A stretch of DNA of 64,000 nt from Mobula hypostoma. Lineage: Eukaryota. The notes beneath the pieces were generated by a model, which was given only the letters and a program-made list of their open reading frames with translations, was not told where the DNA came from and searched no databases. Location: assembly GCF_963921235.1 (NCBI RefSeq), contig NC_086108.1, forward strand, positions 30,320,001-30,384,000, read 5' to 3'. Each line of letters begins with the position of its first letter. Position 1 is the first letter of the stretch. Both the position numbers and the translations under genes were made by a program. Positions 50,946 to 63,371 of the stretch are shown here, piece by piece.

Positions 50946-51913
50946 GTCTCGGCACAGACTAGATGGCTGTACTTTTCTATGATTAGCTCTGTATTTTGTA
51001 TTCAACTGGAAGAATATGCACCATTGTGGAATGTATGGCTAACAATGTTATTAATTAAACCAAGGTGGACCACATCAACTCTTCACATGCACATCTTTTG
51101 GTTCTGGCCTGTAGATATGTTACAGCTTCAGTTGCAAATGAAGGAATGTTCAATGTCCACAACCAAATCCAACAAGAAAGAAGCTAACTGGTTGATCTAT
51201 GTGCATCTTCTCCTCTTTGTGGCTAAAGTACCAAGGGCAGAAATTAATCCTTACTATGCCTGGAGCTTTGGGCCCCAACTCGACCACTACACCAAATCTC
51301 AGAAAGCAGCCACTAACACTCTTCTGCCTCCCGCCTGACCTGCTGTGTAGTTCTTGTGTTTAGTTCGGATTCCTGAGTTCATGATACGTCATTTTCTGAA
51401 TGGTTCCTAGGATGTGTTTCTGCTACTTTTGGAAACAAAACTTCCATCAAAATGCATTATGTTATAAATCTGTTAATTCAGTTTCTCTAGCAGTTGTGAG
51501 CTGAGATGGGAAAAGTTATTCCAGATTGTCAGGATAACTGAGTTTTGGGTAATTGGTTTAATTATTAGTGTTAAATAGTTAATTTTATATTGCTGCAGGA
51601 CTCTTAATTTTTAGCAAAAGAGAAAAGTATAGATTTGAGTCCATACTTGAACTCAGCTCAGGATGAAGCCAAACTGAAATGATCAAAGCTTCTCACCTCT
51701 TTATACTGACTAACACCCCTCTATACTCAGTTTAGACACAGGGTTTTGTCTGAAACATTGCCTCTGCCTCCAGAGACACTGCCTGACCCACTGTGTTCCT
51801 ACAGCAGTTAGATTTTTTTAAATAATGAACTTACCAAAATTACAATTTCTATGAAATGTTCACATTAATCTGTTGTCTTTTATTGTACTTAAGTATCTTT
51901 TTTTTCTTTGTAG

Positions 51914-52063
51914 GTACACAGAGAAGTGATACCAGCACACACAGTTTATGCCTTGAATATAGAAAGGATATTGGCTAGACTCTGGCACCCAAGCCATGAG
52001 GAGTTAGAGCAGGATAAAATCCATCGACAAAGACTGGCAGTCAAAGAGGGCCTTGTTTGTTGA
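51914..52063 (+). CDS. TADA1: Transcriptional adaptor 1, terminal coding exon
   Basis: Strong acceptor; [49 protein letters not shown] matches the recalled TADA1 C-terminus ([42 protein letters not shown]). Confidence 0.95.
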   Translation, partial: VHREVIPAHTVYALNIERILARLWHPSHEELEQDKIHRQRLAVKEGLVC

Positions 52064-53235
52064 CTGGTTGCAGCCAATTCTGGAGCTCAGAACATGCTTT
52101 GCATTGGCTGTTAAAGAATAAGATAACTGCTGATCTAAGTTAGATCCCTCATCAACGGTCATGTTGTGTCTATACCATCAATGGATAATCCCTGCACTAG
52201 GAAGCGTTATTGCCTGTAGCTAATGACAAATGTGACTTTAAATAATGGACAATGTTACTTAAATTTGACAGCTTTGATAAAATATTCATGATAAATTTTA
52301 TAGCTGTGTGTTTCCCTTCATCTAATAAGCAGCTGCATTGCTGTTATGCATTCCAAAAAATTGGTATGGCCAAATTTGCTTTGAGTAATCTGATTTGAGG
52401 TTGCAAAGTGTGATATTTGTGTACTAATTCCCTACTCATATTTTCCTATTTCCTTGCAACAGAGAAGGTGATCATTTGATTCAAGTCAGTTGTGACCATC
52501 AGATAAATCCTATTGCCCCATTTATTTCCCTCTAACGTATTCTTTGTGACATGCTTATTAACATATCCTGATTCACCCACCAGCCACCTACTCAAAGGGT
52601 AATTTATAGTTTGGCAAGTAACCAAACAACCAGTGTGTCTTTGGGATGTGACAGGAAACCATGCAAAAAGGCAGAAAGTGTGAGGTCTACACAGAGCGCA
52701 CCTGAGGTTTGGATTGAACGTAGGTTGCCGGAAGCATGACACACTTGTACTTCCTGCAGCACCAGTCTGCCAGCCTATGGATTAATTCTAAAGTAAGCTG
52801 GTTTAGTATTTTGCTAAAGGTTAGAATGTCACACAAGAAACTAAGCAAGCATTTGCTAAAAGTTTGCAAAGTACTTAAAGGCCTGATTGGTTTCCCTTTT
52901 GTGCATAACACCTGCCAACTAATGTAAAATAACTTTACTAGGTAGATCCTGATTCCTTGTGCAAGTTTAATTAAAGGAAAATACCATTATCAATGGGCAA
53001 AATGTCTTAAGTGCATGTTACCAATGCATTGTAATAACAACGTTGAATAAGTTTATTTTTGTATGATAAAAATTGAGATTTAATCTGTATAATACAGGTT
53101 CTTTTGTATACAAGTTTTTTTTTTACATTTGTTTTACATGTTTGTGTATTTATAATTTTATTTTGTAGTTGATCTGGAAAAATGCTGTAGTCAATTCATT
53201 TAAATATCAATAAAACCAGATGTCATTTAGCTTAT
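52064..53235 (+). other. TADA1: TADA1 3' UTR (approximate end)
   Basis: AT-rich, mostly non-repetitive sequence after the stop codon; TGTA motifs and U-rich tracts before AATAAA. Confidence 0.65.
53209..53214 (+). terminator. Putative TADA1 polyadenylation signal
   Basis: AATAAA preceded by U-rich/TGTA elements; CR1 sequence begins about 100 bp downstream. Confidence 0.6.
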
Positions 53236-53309
53236 GTTGAAAAATTTACAAGTATTAATCTCTGAATTTTGAGTATACAACTCGAAATTGATTTTAAAAA
53301 TTGTCTAAA

Positions 53310-54755
53310 ATCCTTGGAGGGTTGCGAATGTTGTTCCTTTATTCAAGAAAGGGAGTAGAGATAGCCTAGGAAATTATGGACCAGTGAGTTTTACCTGAGT
53401 GGTTGGTAAGTTGATGGAGAAGATCCTGAGAGGCAGGATTTGTGAACATTTGGAGAGGTATAATATGATTAGGAGTAGTCAGAATGGATTTGTCAAGGAC
53501 AGGTCGTGCTTTAGGAGCCTGGTTGAATTTTCTGAGGATGTGACAAAAACACTTTGATGAAGGAAGAGTAGTAGATGTGGTGTATATGGATTTCAGCAAG
53601 GCATTTGATCAGGTACCCCATGCAAGGCTTATTGAGAAGGTAAAGAGGCATGGGATCCAAGGGGACATTGCTTTGTGGATCCAGAACTGGCTTGCCCACA
53701 GAAGGCAAAGAGTGGTTGTAGACTGGTCATATTCTGCATGGAGGTCAGTCACCAGTGGGGTGCCTCAGGGTTCTGTTCTGGGACCCCTACTCTTTGTGAT
53801 TTTTATAAATGACCTGGATGAGGAAGTGGAGGGATGGGTTAGTAAGTTTGCTGATGACACAAAGGTTGGGGTGTTGTGGATAGTGTGGAGGGCTGTCAGA
53901 GGTTACAGCGAGACATTGATAGGATGCAAAACTGGGCTGAGAAGTTGCAGATGGAGTTCAACTCAGGTAAGTGTTAAGTGGTTCATTTTGGTAGGTCAAA
54001 TATGATGGCAGAATATAATATTAATGGTAAGACTCTTGGCAGTGTGGAGGATCAGAGGGATCTTGGGGATCGAGTCCATAGGACGCTCAAAGCAGCTGTG
54101 CAGATTGACTCTGTGGTTAAGCAGGCGTACGGTATATTGGCCTTCATTAATCATGGAATTGAATTTAGGAGCCGAGAGGTAATGTTGCAGCTATATAGGA
54201 TCCTGGTCAGACCCCACTTGGAGTACTGTGCTCAGTTCTGGTCGCCTCACTACAGGAGGGATGTGGAAACCATAGAAAGGGTGCAGAGGAGATTTACAAC
54301 GATGTTGCCTGGATTGGGGAGCATGCCTTATGAGAATAGGTTGAGTGAACTCGGCCTTTTCTCCTTGGATCAACGGAGGATGAGAGGTGACCTGACAGAG
54401 GTATATAAGATGATGAGAGGCATTGATCGTGTAGATAGTCAGAGGCTTTTTCCCAGGGCTGAAATGGTTGCCACAAGAGGACACAGGTTAAAGGTGCTGG
54501 GGAGTAGGTACAGAGGAGATGTCAGGGGTAGGTTTTTTAACTTAGCAAGTGGTGAGTGCGTGGAATGGGTTGCCGGCAACGGTGGTGGAGGCGGATACAA
54601 TAGGGTCATTTAAGAGACTTTTAGATAGGTTCATGGAGCTTAGTAAAACAGAGGGCTGTAGGTAAGCCTAGTAATTTCTAAGGTAGGGACATGTTTGGCA
54701 CAACTTTGTGGGCCGAAGGGCCTGTATTGTGCTGTAGGTTTTTTATGTTTCTATA
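53310..54755 (+). mobile_element. CR1 LINE, 5'-truncated
   Basis: [42 protein letters not shown] tail. Confidence 0.92.
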
Positions 54756-55265
54756 CAACACAGTTGTGCAAAACCATTATTCTTACATGCTTGGATCAAC
54801 TTACAGTTTGGTTATATAATCAGCTCCATCACACCATTGCACTATATTTTAAGTTGATAGATTGCTTATCCTACATCCAGAACTGGATGAACAGAAATTT
54901 TTTTCCAATTTGCTCGGAAAACCAAATTTGGTTCCTGCCTGTTTATAGCAGCTGGTTCCATTCCTCTCCACTTTGGAGCTGAGTTGGTCTCTTCCCAACC
55001 TTGATATCCTGTTTGATTCTGAAATGAGGTTTAGACCACAAATTGTGCCATCACAAAGTCATCTACTTCCACATCTGATTCTTTGCCTCACTCAGATCCC
55101 CTCATACTTTTCATTATCTCTAAACTTAATTATACAAACACGTCTCCATGGATCTTCCCCATTTTACACCATAGCAATCTGAAGGCTATCTGAACTGTGC
55201 TGCCCCAAATCTGTACTCACGCCAGGTTCTGTTCATCTGTCACATCTTAGCACAATAACTGCCAA

Positions 55266-57735
55266 TTCACAAACAAGAGAAAATCTGCAGATGCTGGAAA
55301 TCCAAGCAACAGGCACAGAATGCTGGAAGAACTCAGCAAGTCAGACAGCATCTATGGAAAAAGTACAGTCGACGTTTCTGCCGAAACCCTTCTGCAGGAT
55401 GGAGTAAAAATGCTGAGGAGTAGATTTAAAAGATGGGGAGGTGGGGAGGGATGAGACAAACACCAGGAAATAGGTGAAACCTGGAGGGGGAGAGATGAAG
55501 TAACGATCCGGGAAGCTGGTTAAAGAGACAGAAGGCCATGGAAGAAAGAAAAAGTGGGGAACAGCACCAGGAGGTGATGGGCGGATAAGGAGATATCATA
55601 GGAGAGGAACAAGGGGATGGGAAATGGTGAAGGGGGGTTGGGTTTGGGGGCATTATGGAAGTTTGAGAAATCTATGTTCATGCCATTAGGTTGGACGCTA
55701 CCCAGACGGAATATGAGGTTTTGTTCTTCCAGCCTAAGTGTGGCCTCATCTCGACAGTGGAGGAGGCCATGGATGGGCATATCGAAATGGGAATGGGAAG
55801 TAGGAAATAAGATGGGCAGCCTCTGGGAGATCCCGCTTGTTCTGGTGGACGGAGCTCAGATACTTGGCGAAGCGGTCTCCGAATCTACGTCGGGTCTTAC
55901 CAATATACTGGAGGCCACGCCGGAGCACCAAACACAGTAAATGACGTTAACCAACTCACGGGTGAATTGTCGCCTCACCTGGAAGGACTGTTTAGAGCCT
56001 GAATGGTAGTGAAGGAGGAGGTGTAAGGGCAGGTCTGGCACTTGTTCCGCTTGCAAGGATTAGTGCCAAGAGTGAGATCAGTGGCGCGGGGCAAATCAAC
56101 AATAGAGTCGCGTAGGGGGTGAATTCTGCGGAAAGCTGAACATGGGCGGGAGGGAAAGATATGTTTGGTGGGGGAGGGATTCCGTTGGAGGTGGCAGAAG
56201 TTCCGGAGAATTATGAGCTGGACGAGAAGGCTGGTGGGGTGGTAGGTGAGGACAAGAGGAACCCTATCCCTGGCAGGGTGGTGCGAAGATGGGGTAGGGT
56301 GTGTGAAATGGAAGAGGTGCGGTTAAGGGCAGCGCTGATGGTGGAGGAAGGGAAGCCCCCTTCTTTGAAAAAGGATGACAGCATTCTAGAATGAAAAACC
56401 TCGCCCTGGGAGCAGATGCGGCGGAGAGGGAGGAATTGAGAGAAGGGGATGGCACTTTTACAAGTAACGGGGTGGGACGAGGAATAGTCCAGATAGCCGT
56501 GAGAGTCCGTAGGCTTATAGTAGACATCAGTAGATAAGCTGTCTCTAGTGATAGAGACAGAAGGATCTAGAAAGGGGAGGGAGGTGTCGGAAATGGACCA
56601 GGTTAATTTGTGGGCAGGGTGGAAGTTGGAGGCAAAGTGGGTGAAATCGACGAATTCAGCACGGGTGCAGGCAGCAGCGCCAATGCAACCGTTGATGTAG
56701 CGTAAGAAGAGTGCGAGACGGTCACCAGTGCAGGCTTGGAACATAGACTGTTCCACGTGGCCGACAAACAGCAAGGTATAGCTGGGCCCCATGCGAGTGC
56801 CCATGGCTACCCCTTTTCTTTGAAGGAAGTGGGAGGAGCCAAAAGAGAAGTGAGGAGTGTTCTGCTAGGTGGAGGAGAGTGGTGGTGGAGGGAACTGGTT
56901 AGGTCTGGTGTCCAGAAAGAAGTGGACAGCTTTGAGGCATTCCTGGTGGGGGATGGATGTGCAGAGGGACTGGACATCCATAGTAAAAATAAGTTGATGG
57001 AAGCCAGGGAACTTGAAATCCTTGAAAAGATCAAGAGCGTGTCAGGTGTCACGGATGAGGTAGGAAGGGACGAAACTGGTGGGGATAAAACAGAGCTGGG
57101 GAATGCAGATATGAGTTCAGTGGGGCAGGAACAAGCTGAAACAATGGGTCTACTTGGGCAAGCAGGTTTGTGGATCTTCCGTAGGAGGGAGAAACGGGAG
57201 GTACGGGGTTCGGGAACTATTAGGTTGGTGGTGGTGGATGGGAGATCCACGGAGTTAATAAGACTGGTGATGGTGGGGGAGACAATGGCTAGGTGTTCCT
57301 TAGTGGGGTCCTGTTCGAGGGGTAAGTAAGAAGAGGTGTCTGAGAGTTAGTGTTGGGCTTCAGCAAGGTAGAGGTCAGTACGCCAGACTACTATGGCACC
57401 TCCCTTATCTGCGGGTTTGATGGTGAGGTTAGGATTGGTGCAGAGGGAGTGGTGAGCCGAGTGTTCGGAAGGAGTGAGATCGGAATTGGAGAGAGGAGTA
57501 TTAAGAGTCTAGACAGTTAATGTTCCGTCGGCATCTGACAATGAAAAGGTCCAATCCAAAGCAGCCAGAAGACCAAGTCGGGGTGTCCAGGAAGAGAAGG
57601 AGGGGTCAGCGGTGCGGGGCGGAGAGTGCTTGCCAAAGAAATCGGCCCGGAGACGGAGGCGGGCGGCGGCGCCGTACTGGCTGAGGTGTGGGCGCAGAGG
57701 AATAAACATGGGACAAACAATACCTGTCGGTTAAG
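55266..57735 (-). mobile_element. Penelope-like element (RT + GIY-YIG), decayed
   Basis: ADKGGA, KIHKPACPSRPIVS, MGTRMGPSY, YYKPTDSHGYLDY, YIGKTRRRFGDRF, EEQNLIFRLGSVQPNGMN. Confidence 0.9.
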
Positions 57736-57914
57736 TTGCATCTTGATTTTAAAATAATCATCTTCACAAATCCAAAAATGTTTTTTAAAAAAAATATTAT
57801 GTTTGCTTATGACATAGAGGACACAATCAGAGCTAGGCTATCAGTCTTGTTCCAAAGCCCTGCTTCTTTTACTGAAAATTGTTCACGCTCAGATGTTCAT
57901 CAATTCCTGTCAAT

Positions 57915-58115
57915 TCTCCTGCCACCCACCTACACTAGAGGTAGCACATTAGTCATTTAAAGCTCTAGTATATGTTTGGGGTAAGATAGAAAACAGGAGC
58001 AGACAGGAAACCAGGCTAGTTACAGAGCAGACATGTAGATTTCACACAGCATCAGATCACGATCCAACCTCTCACTGGAGCCATCTCACAGCATGAGCTG
58101 CTACATCACCACACC
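57915..58115 (-). mobile_element. Degraded SINE remnant, probably V-SINE/HE1-like (similar remnant at about 52560-52730 in the 3' UTR)
   Basis: Decayed GG..GAAAC.GGAGCA...GGAAACC block followed by an antisense B-box-like GATCCAACC / GATTGAAC. Confidence 0.4.
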
Positions 58116-59059
58116 GTCCACTGTGTTGTCCCTCCCTGGACCTCATACCAGGGTGGGCAGGCCTCCTGCCACAAGTCACACGACTTTTTATCTGCATTTT
58201 CTTTTTGCTCTCAAGTTTTCTTTAATTGTAAAATGGATCATCACAAAGTCATCGGTGCAAGAACCTGAAACTTCGTGATTCAGTTTGTGGTTGCATTTGA
58301 CATTGGTTACTTCACAGATGGGGGCTTGCCATTTGTTCCTTCTGCATGAAAACTGATGTCTCCTTTTCACTTGCATTTCTTTTACATTCAATGATATAAT
58401 TGCTATCTGCAAAATTAACGTAGACTAATAATACTGGACTTACGAGCAGTGAGCACCGTCAATTATACACATCCTCTGCTTTGCGGGGAAATTGCAAACA
58501 CACCGTGTATTCACTAGAATTCCGGATATATTCTGACTGCAACCATCTCAAGGCATTGTACTGCAATGTTGCAAGCCATGTGCATGACAGATCTTGCGCA
58601 TGAAATATAGAATGCTGGCATACAAGTGCAGCAAATGCTTTGCTTTTTATTGCTAGGGATTGGAGTTCAACAATGGGAAAGTACTGTTTCAATTATACAG
58701 CATATTAGTAAAGCTGCACCTAGAATACTGCACGTTCATCATCTCCTCATTTATACAAAGAATATATTAGCGTTTAAGGCAGCGCAGAAGAGATTGATGT
58801 GACAGGGCTGTACCATTGCGAATGGCTAAACATGTTACATTTCTTTGGTGAATGAGAGTCAAATATCTGCAGATGCTGGAATTATGAAAAAAACTGGGCT
58901 TGATACAGGCCTCAACCTGGAACACTGAAATACACCTTTCCTGCCACAGATGCTGCTTAACCTGTGGAGTTCTTCCAGCATTCTGGTGCGTGATCTACAA
59001 ATGTGACTGAGAATGTCAAGCTCTTTCCATTCAAGAGTTAATGAGACAACATTGCATGT

Positions 59060-59850
59060 TGAAGTTCACGTTTATTATCATCTGAGTCAACCAAACGGTG
59101 TTCCTCCAGACCACGGTGTACCCACAAAACCTGTATCACTCACACCATATAAAAGAAAATATTACCAAATATTACCGTGAATCAGTTAAAGAATTGAAAA
59201 TGCCTACAGTGCACAGTACAGGTAAACAGTGAACCACTCACTGTCCTGGTGACGAGATCTCAGTGGTGGCAGGGCATTCATTAGTCTCACAGCCTGAGGG
59301 AAGAAGTTGTTACCCAGACTGGCAGTCCTAGTCCTGATGCTTCTGTACCTTCATCATGACTGAGGTGGGTCTAAGAGATTGTGGGATGGCTGGTAAATAT
59401 CCTCCACAATGCTTTGGGCCCATGTCTACAACGCTTCTGGTAAATGTGACAAATGTGGGGGAGGGGAATGGGAGGGAGACCCCCATGATCTTGACGGTTT
59501 TCACTATTCTCTGTCAGGTATTCTGGTCTGATGCCTTGCAGCTTCTGCAGCACACAGTGATGCAGCCAGACGGGGCACTCTAGAATGGGAGCGGGGAGCA
59601 TTGCACGCCTCGATCACCCCAGTAAGTGTTGACACTGTTGTGCCATCTGGACTAATGAGCAGGTGCTCTGGGTCTTGCTTAGGTCGTCCGATATTTGCAC
59701 ACCAAGGAACTTTGCGCTCTTCACTTTCCACGGCAATGCCATTGACGTGCAATGGAGAGTAGTCGACATACGCCTTCCTGAAGTGCACAATCATCCCTTT
59801 TGTCGTGTCCACGTTGAGACTCAGGTTGTAGTTTACATAGGACTTCAAGC
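59060..59850 (-). mobile_element. Rex1/Babar LINE 3' fragment
   Basis: NLSLNVDTTKGMIVHFRK on the minus strand; antisense AATAAA at about 59071. Confidence 0.75.
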
Positions 59851-60481
59851 AGATGGTTGAAAGAAAGGGTTTTTATAGGTAACATGAGAAAGGCAAGATA
59901 AACTAGTTGGAACTGTCATAAGGGGGGTGCTGGTGGCGGACCCAAATGCAAGACACAGACACTGAAGCACTAGGAACAGGACTAGGCATGGCAACGCAGC
60001 AAGGGAAGAGGGGAAGAAATGACGCTGGACATTGACACAGGCCCTGGACAAGACGAGGATTCAGGGCCTGGGCTAGGACTTGGACAAGAGACATGGGACC
60101 TGGACGTGGAACTAGGAACAAGGAGCCTGACAAGGAACTCCGGAACCAAAGCCTGGACAAGGACCCAGAACCTGGGTCTTGGTTGGGACTCGGAACCTGG
60201 GTTTTGATTCAGAACCGGAACCCGGGTCTAGGCTAGGACTCGTGACTAGGACCTTGGCAAGGATTGGATGTGGCTACAGAACAGGATGTGGAACTCCTGC
60301 ACAGGATGAGGCACATGGACAGGACAAGAACATGAAGCCTTGACTTGGTCGAGGGAGACAGGAACGCAGAGCCTTGGTAATCTTGAGAGACAGGAAAGCA
60401 GAGCCTTGGTAATCTTGAGGGACAGGAACATGGAACACAGAGCCGGGACACCTCCTTGGAAACAGGATGTAGGGCCAGGAC

Positions 60482-63371
60482 TGTTACGTACCCCTGGGGT
60501 TCCTTTTTGCTGTGGACTGTGACTTTAAGGCACAAGAAAGAACTGAGACTAACTTTTGGATTTCTGCTGAGAGAGAGAGGGGCATCGTCTGCCTTTCAGT
60601 TCGTGTTTACACTTTTACAAGGACACTGACTGCTGCTGTCAACTTTTGGGTTGCCATGGAAAGAGAGAGAGAGCACCAAGCAGCTTGTAAGTCGCCATGG
60701 TGACCGAGGGTGGCGTTATTTGATGGACAATCGATGTTATGGTTTCTCTGCAGCGTGTTTACTTTTACAAGGACAGCTACAGACACAGAGAAACACATGC
60801 TCGGAGTCAAGATGGATTCAATCAATGAAAGACACCAGTGAGTGAGGTCCTGGGGTGTGTTGAGATCGATCCTGAGTATTGATAAATGACTCTTACAGGT
60901 TTTCTGCTACTGAAACGAGTTTGCAGGGAGAAAGAAGAGAGGAGCTACTTGATGGACAGCTGGTGTTCAGTGTGGTGAGATAAATAGAAGCTCAGCTGAT
61001 AGATTAGAAACATAGAAACATAGAAAATAGGTGCAGGAGTAGGCCATTTGGCCCTTCGAGCCTCCACCGCCATTCAGTATGATAATAGCTGATCATCCAA
61101 CTCAGAACCCTGTACTACCCTTCCCTTCATACCCCCTGATTCCTTTAGCCACAAGGGCCATATCTAACTCCCTCTTAAATATAGCCAATGAACTGGCCTC
61201 AAGTGTTTCCTGTGGCAGAGAATTCCACAGATTCACTACTCTCTGTGTGAAGAAGTTTTTCCTCATCTCGGTCCTAAAAGGCTTCCCCTTTATCCTCAAA
61301 CAGTGACCCCTCGTTCTGGGCTTCCCCAACATCAGGAACAATCTTCCTGCATCTAGCCTGTGCAATCCCTTTAGGATTTTATACGTTTCAATAAGATCCC
61401 CCCTCAATCTTCTAAACTCCAACGAGTATGAACCTAGTTGATCCAGTCTTTCATCATATGAAAGTCCTGCCATCACAGGAATCAATCTGGTGAACCTTCT
61501 TTGTACTCCCTCTATGGCAAGGATGTCTTTCCTCAGATTAGGGGACCAAAACTGTGCACAATACTCCAGGTGTGGTCTCACCAAGGCCTTGTACAACTGC
61601 AGTAGTACCTCCCTGCTCCTGAATCCTCTTGCTATGGATGCCAGCATACCATTCGCCTTTTTCACCGCCTGCTGTACCTGCATGCCCACTTTCAATGACT
61701 GATGTATAATGACACCCAGGTCGTTGCACCTCCCCTTTTCCTAATCGGCCACCATTCAGATAATAATCTGTTTTCCTGTTTTTGCCACCAAAGTGGATAA
61801 CCTCACATTTATCCACATTAAATTGCATCTGCCATGAATTTGCCCACTCACCTAACCTATCCAAGTCACCCTGCATCCTCTTAGCATCCTCCTCACAGCT
61901 AACACTGCCGCCCAGCTTCGTGTCATCCGCAAACTTGGAGATGCTGCATTTAATTCCCTCATCCAAGTCATTAATATATATTTTAAACAGCTGGGGTCCC
62001 AGCACTGAGCCTTGCGGTACCCCACTAGTCACTGCCTGCCATTCTGAAAAGGTCCCGTTTATTCCCACTCTTTGCTTCCTGTCTGCCAACCAATTCTCTA
62101 TGCACATCAATACCTTACCCCCAATACCGTGTACTTTAAGTTTGCGCACTAATCTCCTGTGTGGGACCTTGACAGACACATGGTTTTGGACACTGGACGA
62201 GCTTTGTTGTGCCCGCAGAAAGGTGGGTTTTTGGAGGATCGGTCAGGAGAATCGATCAATGGCTCTCGCAATGTGGAGAAGGTGTGACTGGTGGGGAGTC
62301 ACTCGTGTGTTCAACCCTCGCCTGGGTTGATAATTCCACCACAGAAGAACAGTCCCCTTTTGTTGTGGTCACATTCGATGACTTTAAAGGAAGAGAAGAG
62401 AGGAGAGAAAGTTTGAAACAGGAGAAACCTAGTGACAAAGAGGTCACTGTTTGGACTCTCTCTCTGAGTAGCCCGTAAGGGTGAGTTTGATTCCATTCGA
62501 ATACGACAGTGTGGTTGTTGCATAGTTAATCCACAAGAGTGGGTTCTCTGGTGAGGGGAGTACATTTGTGAATACCGTTTGTGTGTTACCCTTGTTTGGG
62601 TGTGGTAGTTCACCGAAGAAAGGCACCCCTGTGGCAAATTACTGTTGGAGTTATTTCGTATGTCTTGGAACTGGATAAGTGGCTATCACAGTTGTGTGTT
62701 TGGGGTAACCTTGTGTGGAAACTACCTGGGTGTGATAATCCTTGCCTGGGTTGGTAGTTTTACCACTTGAAGAGGGTCCCCTTAGTGATAGACTACTGTT
62801 GGTGATAATTCCTACGTGGATTCTGTTGGAGTATCCTGTGGCCACCACTTTGGAATGACCTGTAGCTGAATTTGGGTGTGGTACCACTTGTGTTGAAAGG
62901 ATATTTGTTGAAGATCACTGTCGGTGATACTTCATGTGTGGAGTGGAACAGCTTCAGAGATAAAATCTACCACTATTGTTATTCTGTATTGCTGTCGTGG
63001 AAACTGTGGAATATCGACATAATTCCCTTCTCACAACATTCACCTTTGGATTACAAACATCTCGCATTAATTAACCTGAAGAATTAAATATCTCTCTGTC
63101 TCCATCACTACTCAACTTAATACCACAAACTGAACTGAACTTTACTTGTCATTGTAAGACTACCTATTTACCCCTAGACTCAAAGAAGCTTGATTTTCAT
63201 ATATTTCTACACTTACTTATATATAATCATTGCTAATCTGTTTTGATTTATCTGTATTTATATTACTGTATTGTGTAGTTACAAATAAATACCATTAGTT
63301 AATAGCAATACTGGACTCCAAAGTGTTTTCCATTTCTGCTGGTTCTATAACCCGTCACAGGGTACGTGACA
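60482..63371 (+). mobile_element. Long solo LTR (about 1.7 kb net) related to the Gmr1-type LTR, split by CR1
   Basis: Inverted ends TGTTACGTACCC / GGGTACGTGACA; 3' region (CTGAACTGAACT, TTTACCCCTAGACT, CCATTTCTGCTGGTT) shared with the LTR at 29188-30016; flanks AGGAC/GGGAC. Confidence 0.78.
61004..62172 (-). mobile_element. CR1 LINE, 5'-truncated
   Basis: [33 protein letters not shown]; tail (TAGAAACA)n; resembles the copy at 19165-20632. Confidence 0.92.

Larger units (their letters stand above)
6256..51913 (+). other. TADA1: Last intron of TADA1 (45,658 bp, GT-AG, mostly TE-derived)
   Basis: GTAAAT donor at 6256; TCTTTTTTTTCTTTGTAG acceptor ending 51913; the spliced frame LEALQ|VHREVIP is contiguous as in TADA1 orthologues. 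Confidence 0.9.

Noticed and set aside
50853..51338. 161-aa ORF near the TADA1 terminal exon
   Set aside because: Begins in a CR1 tail and runs into AT-rich intron; no recognisable domain or splice support
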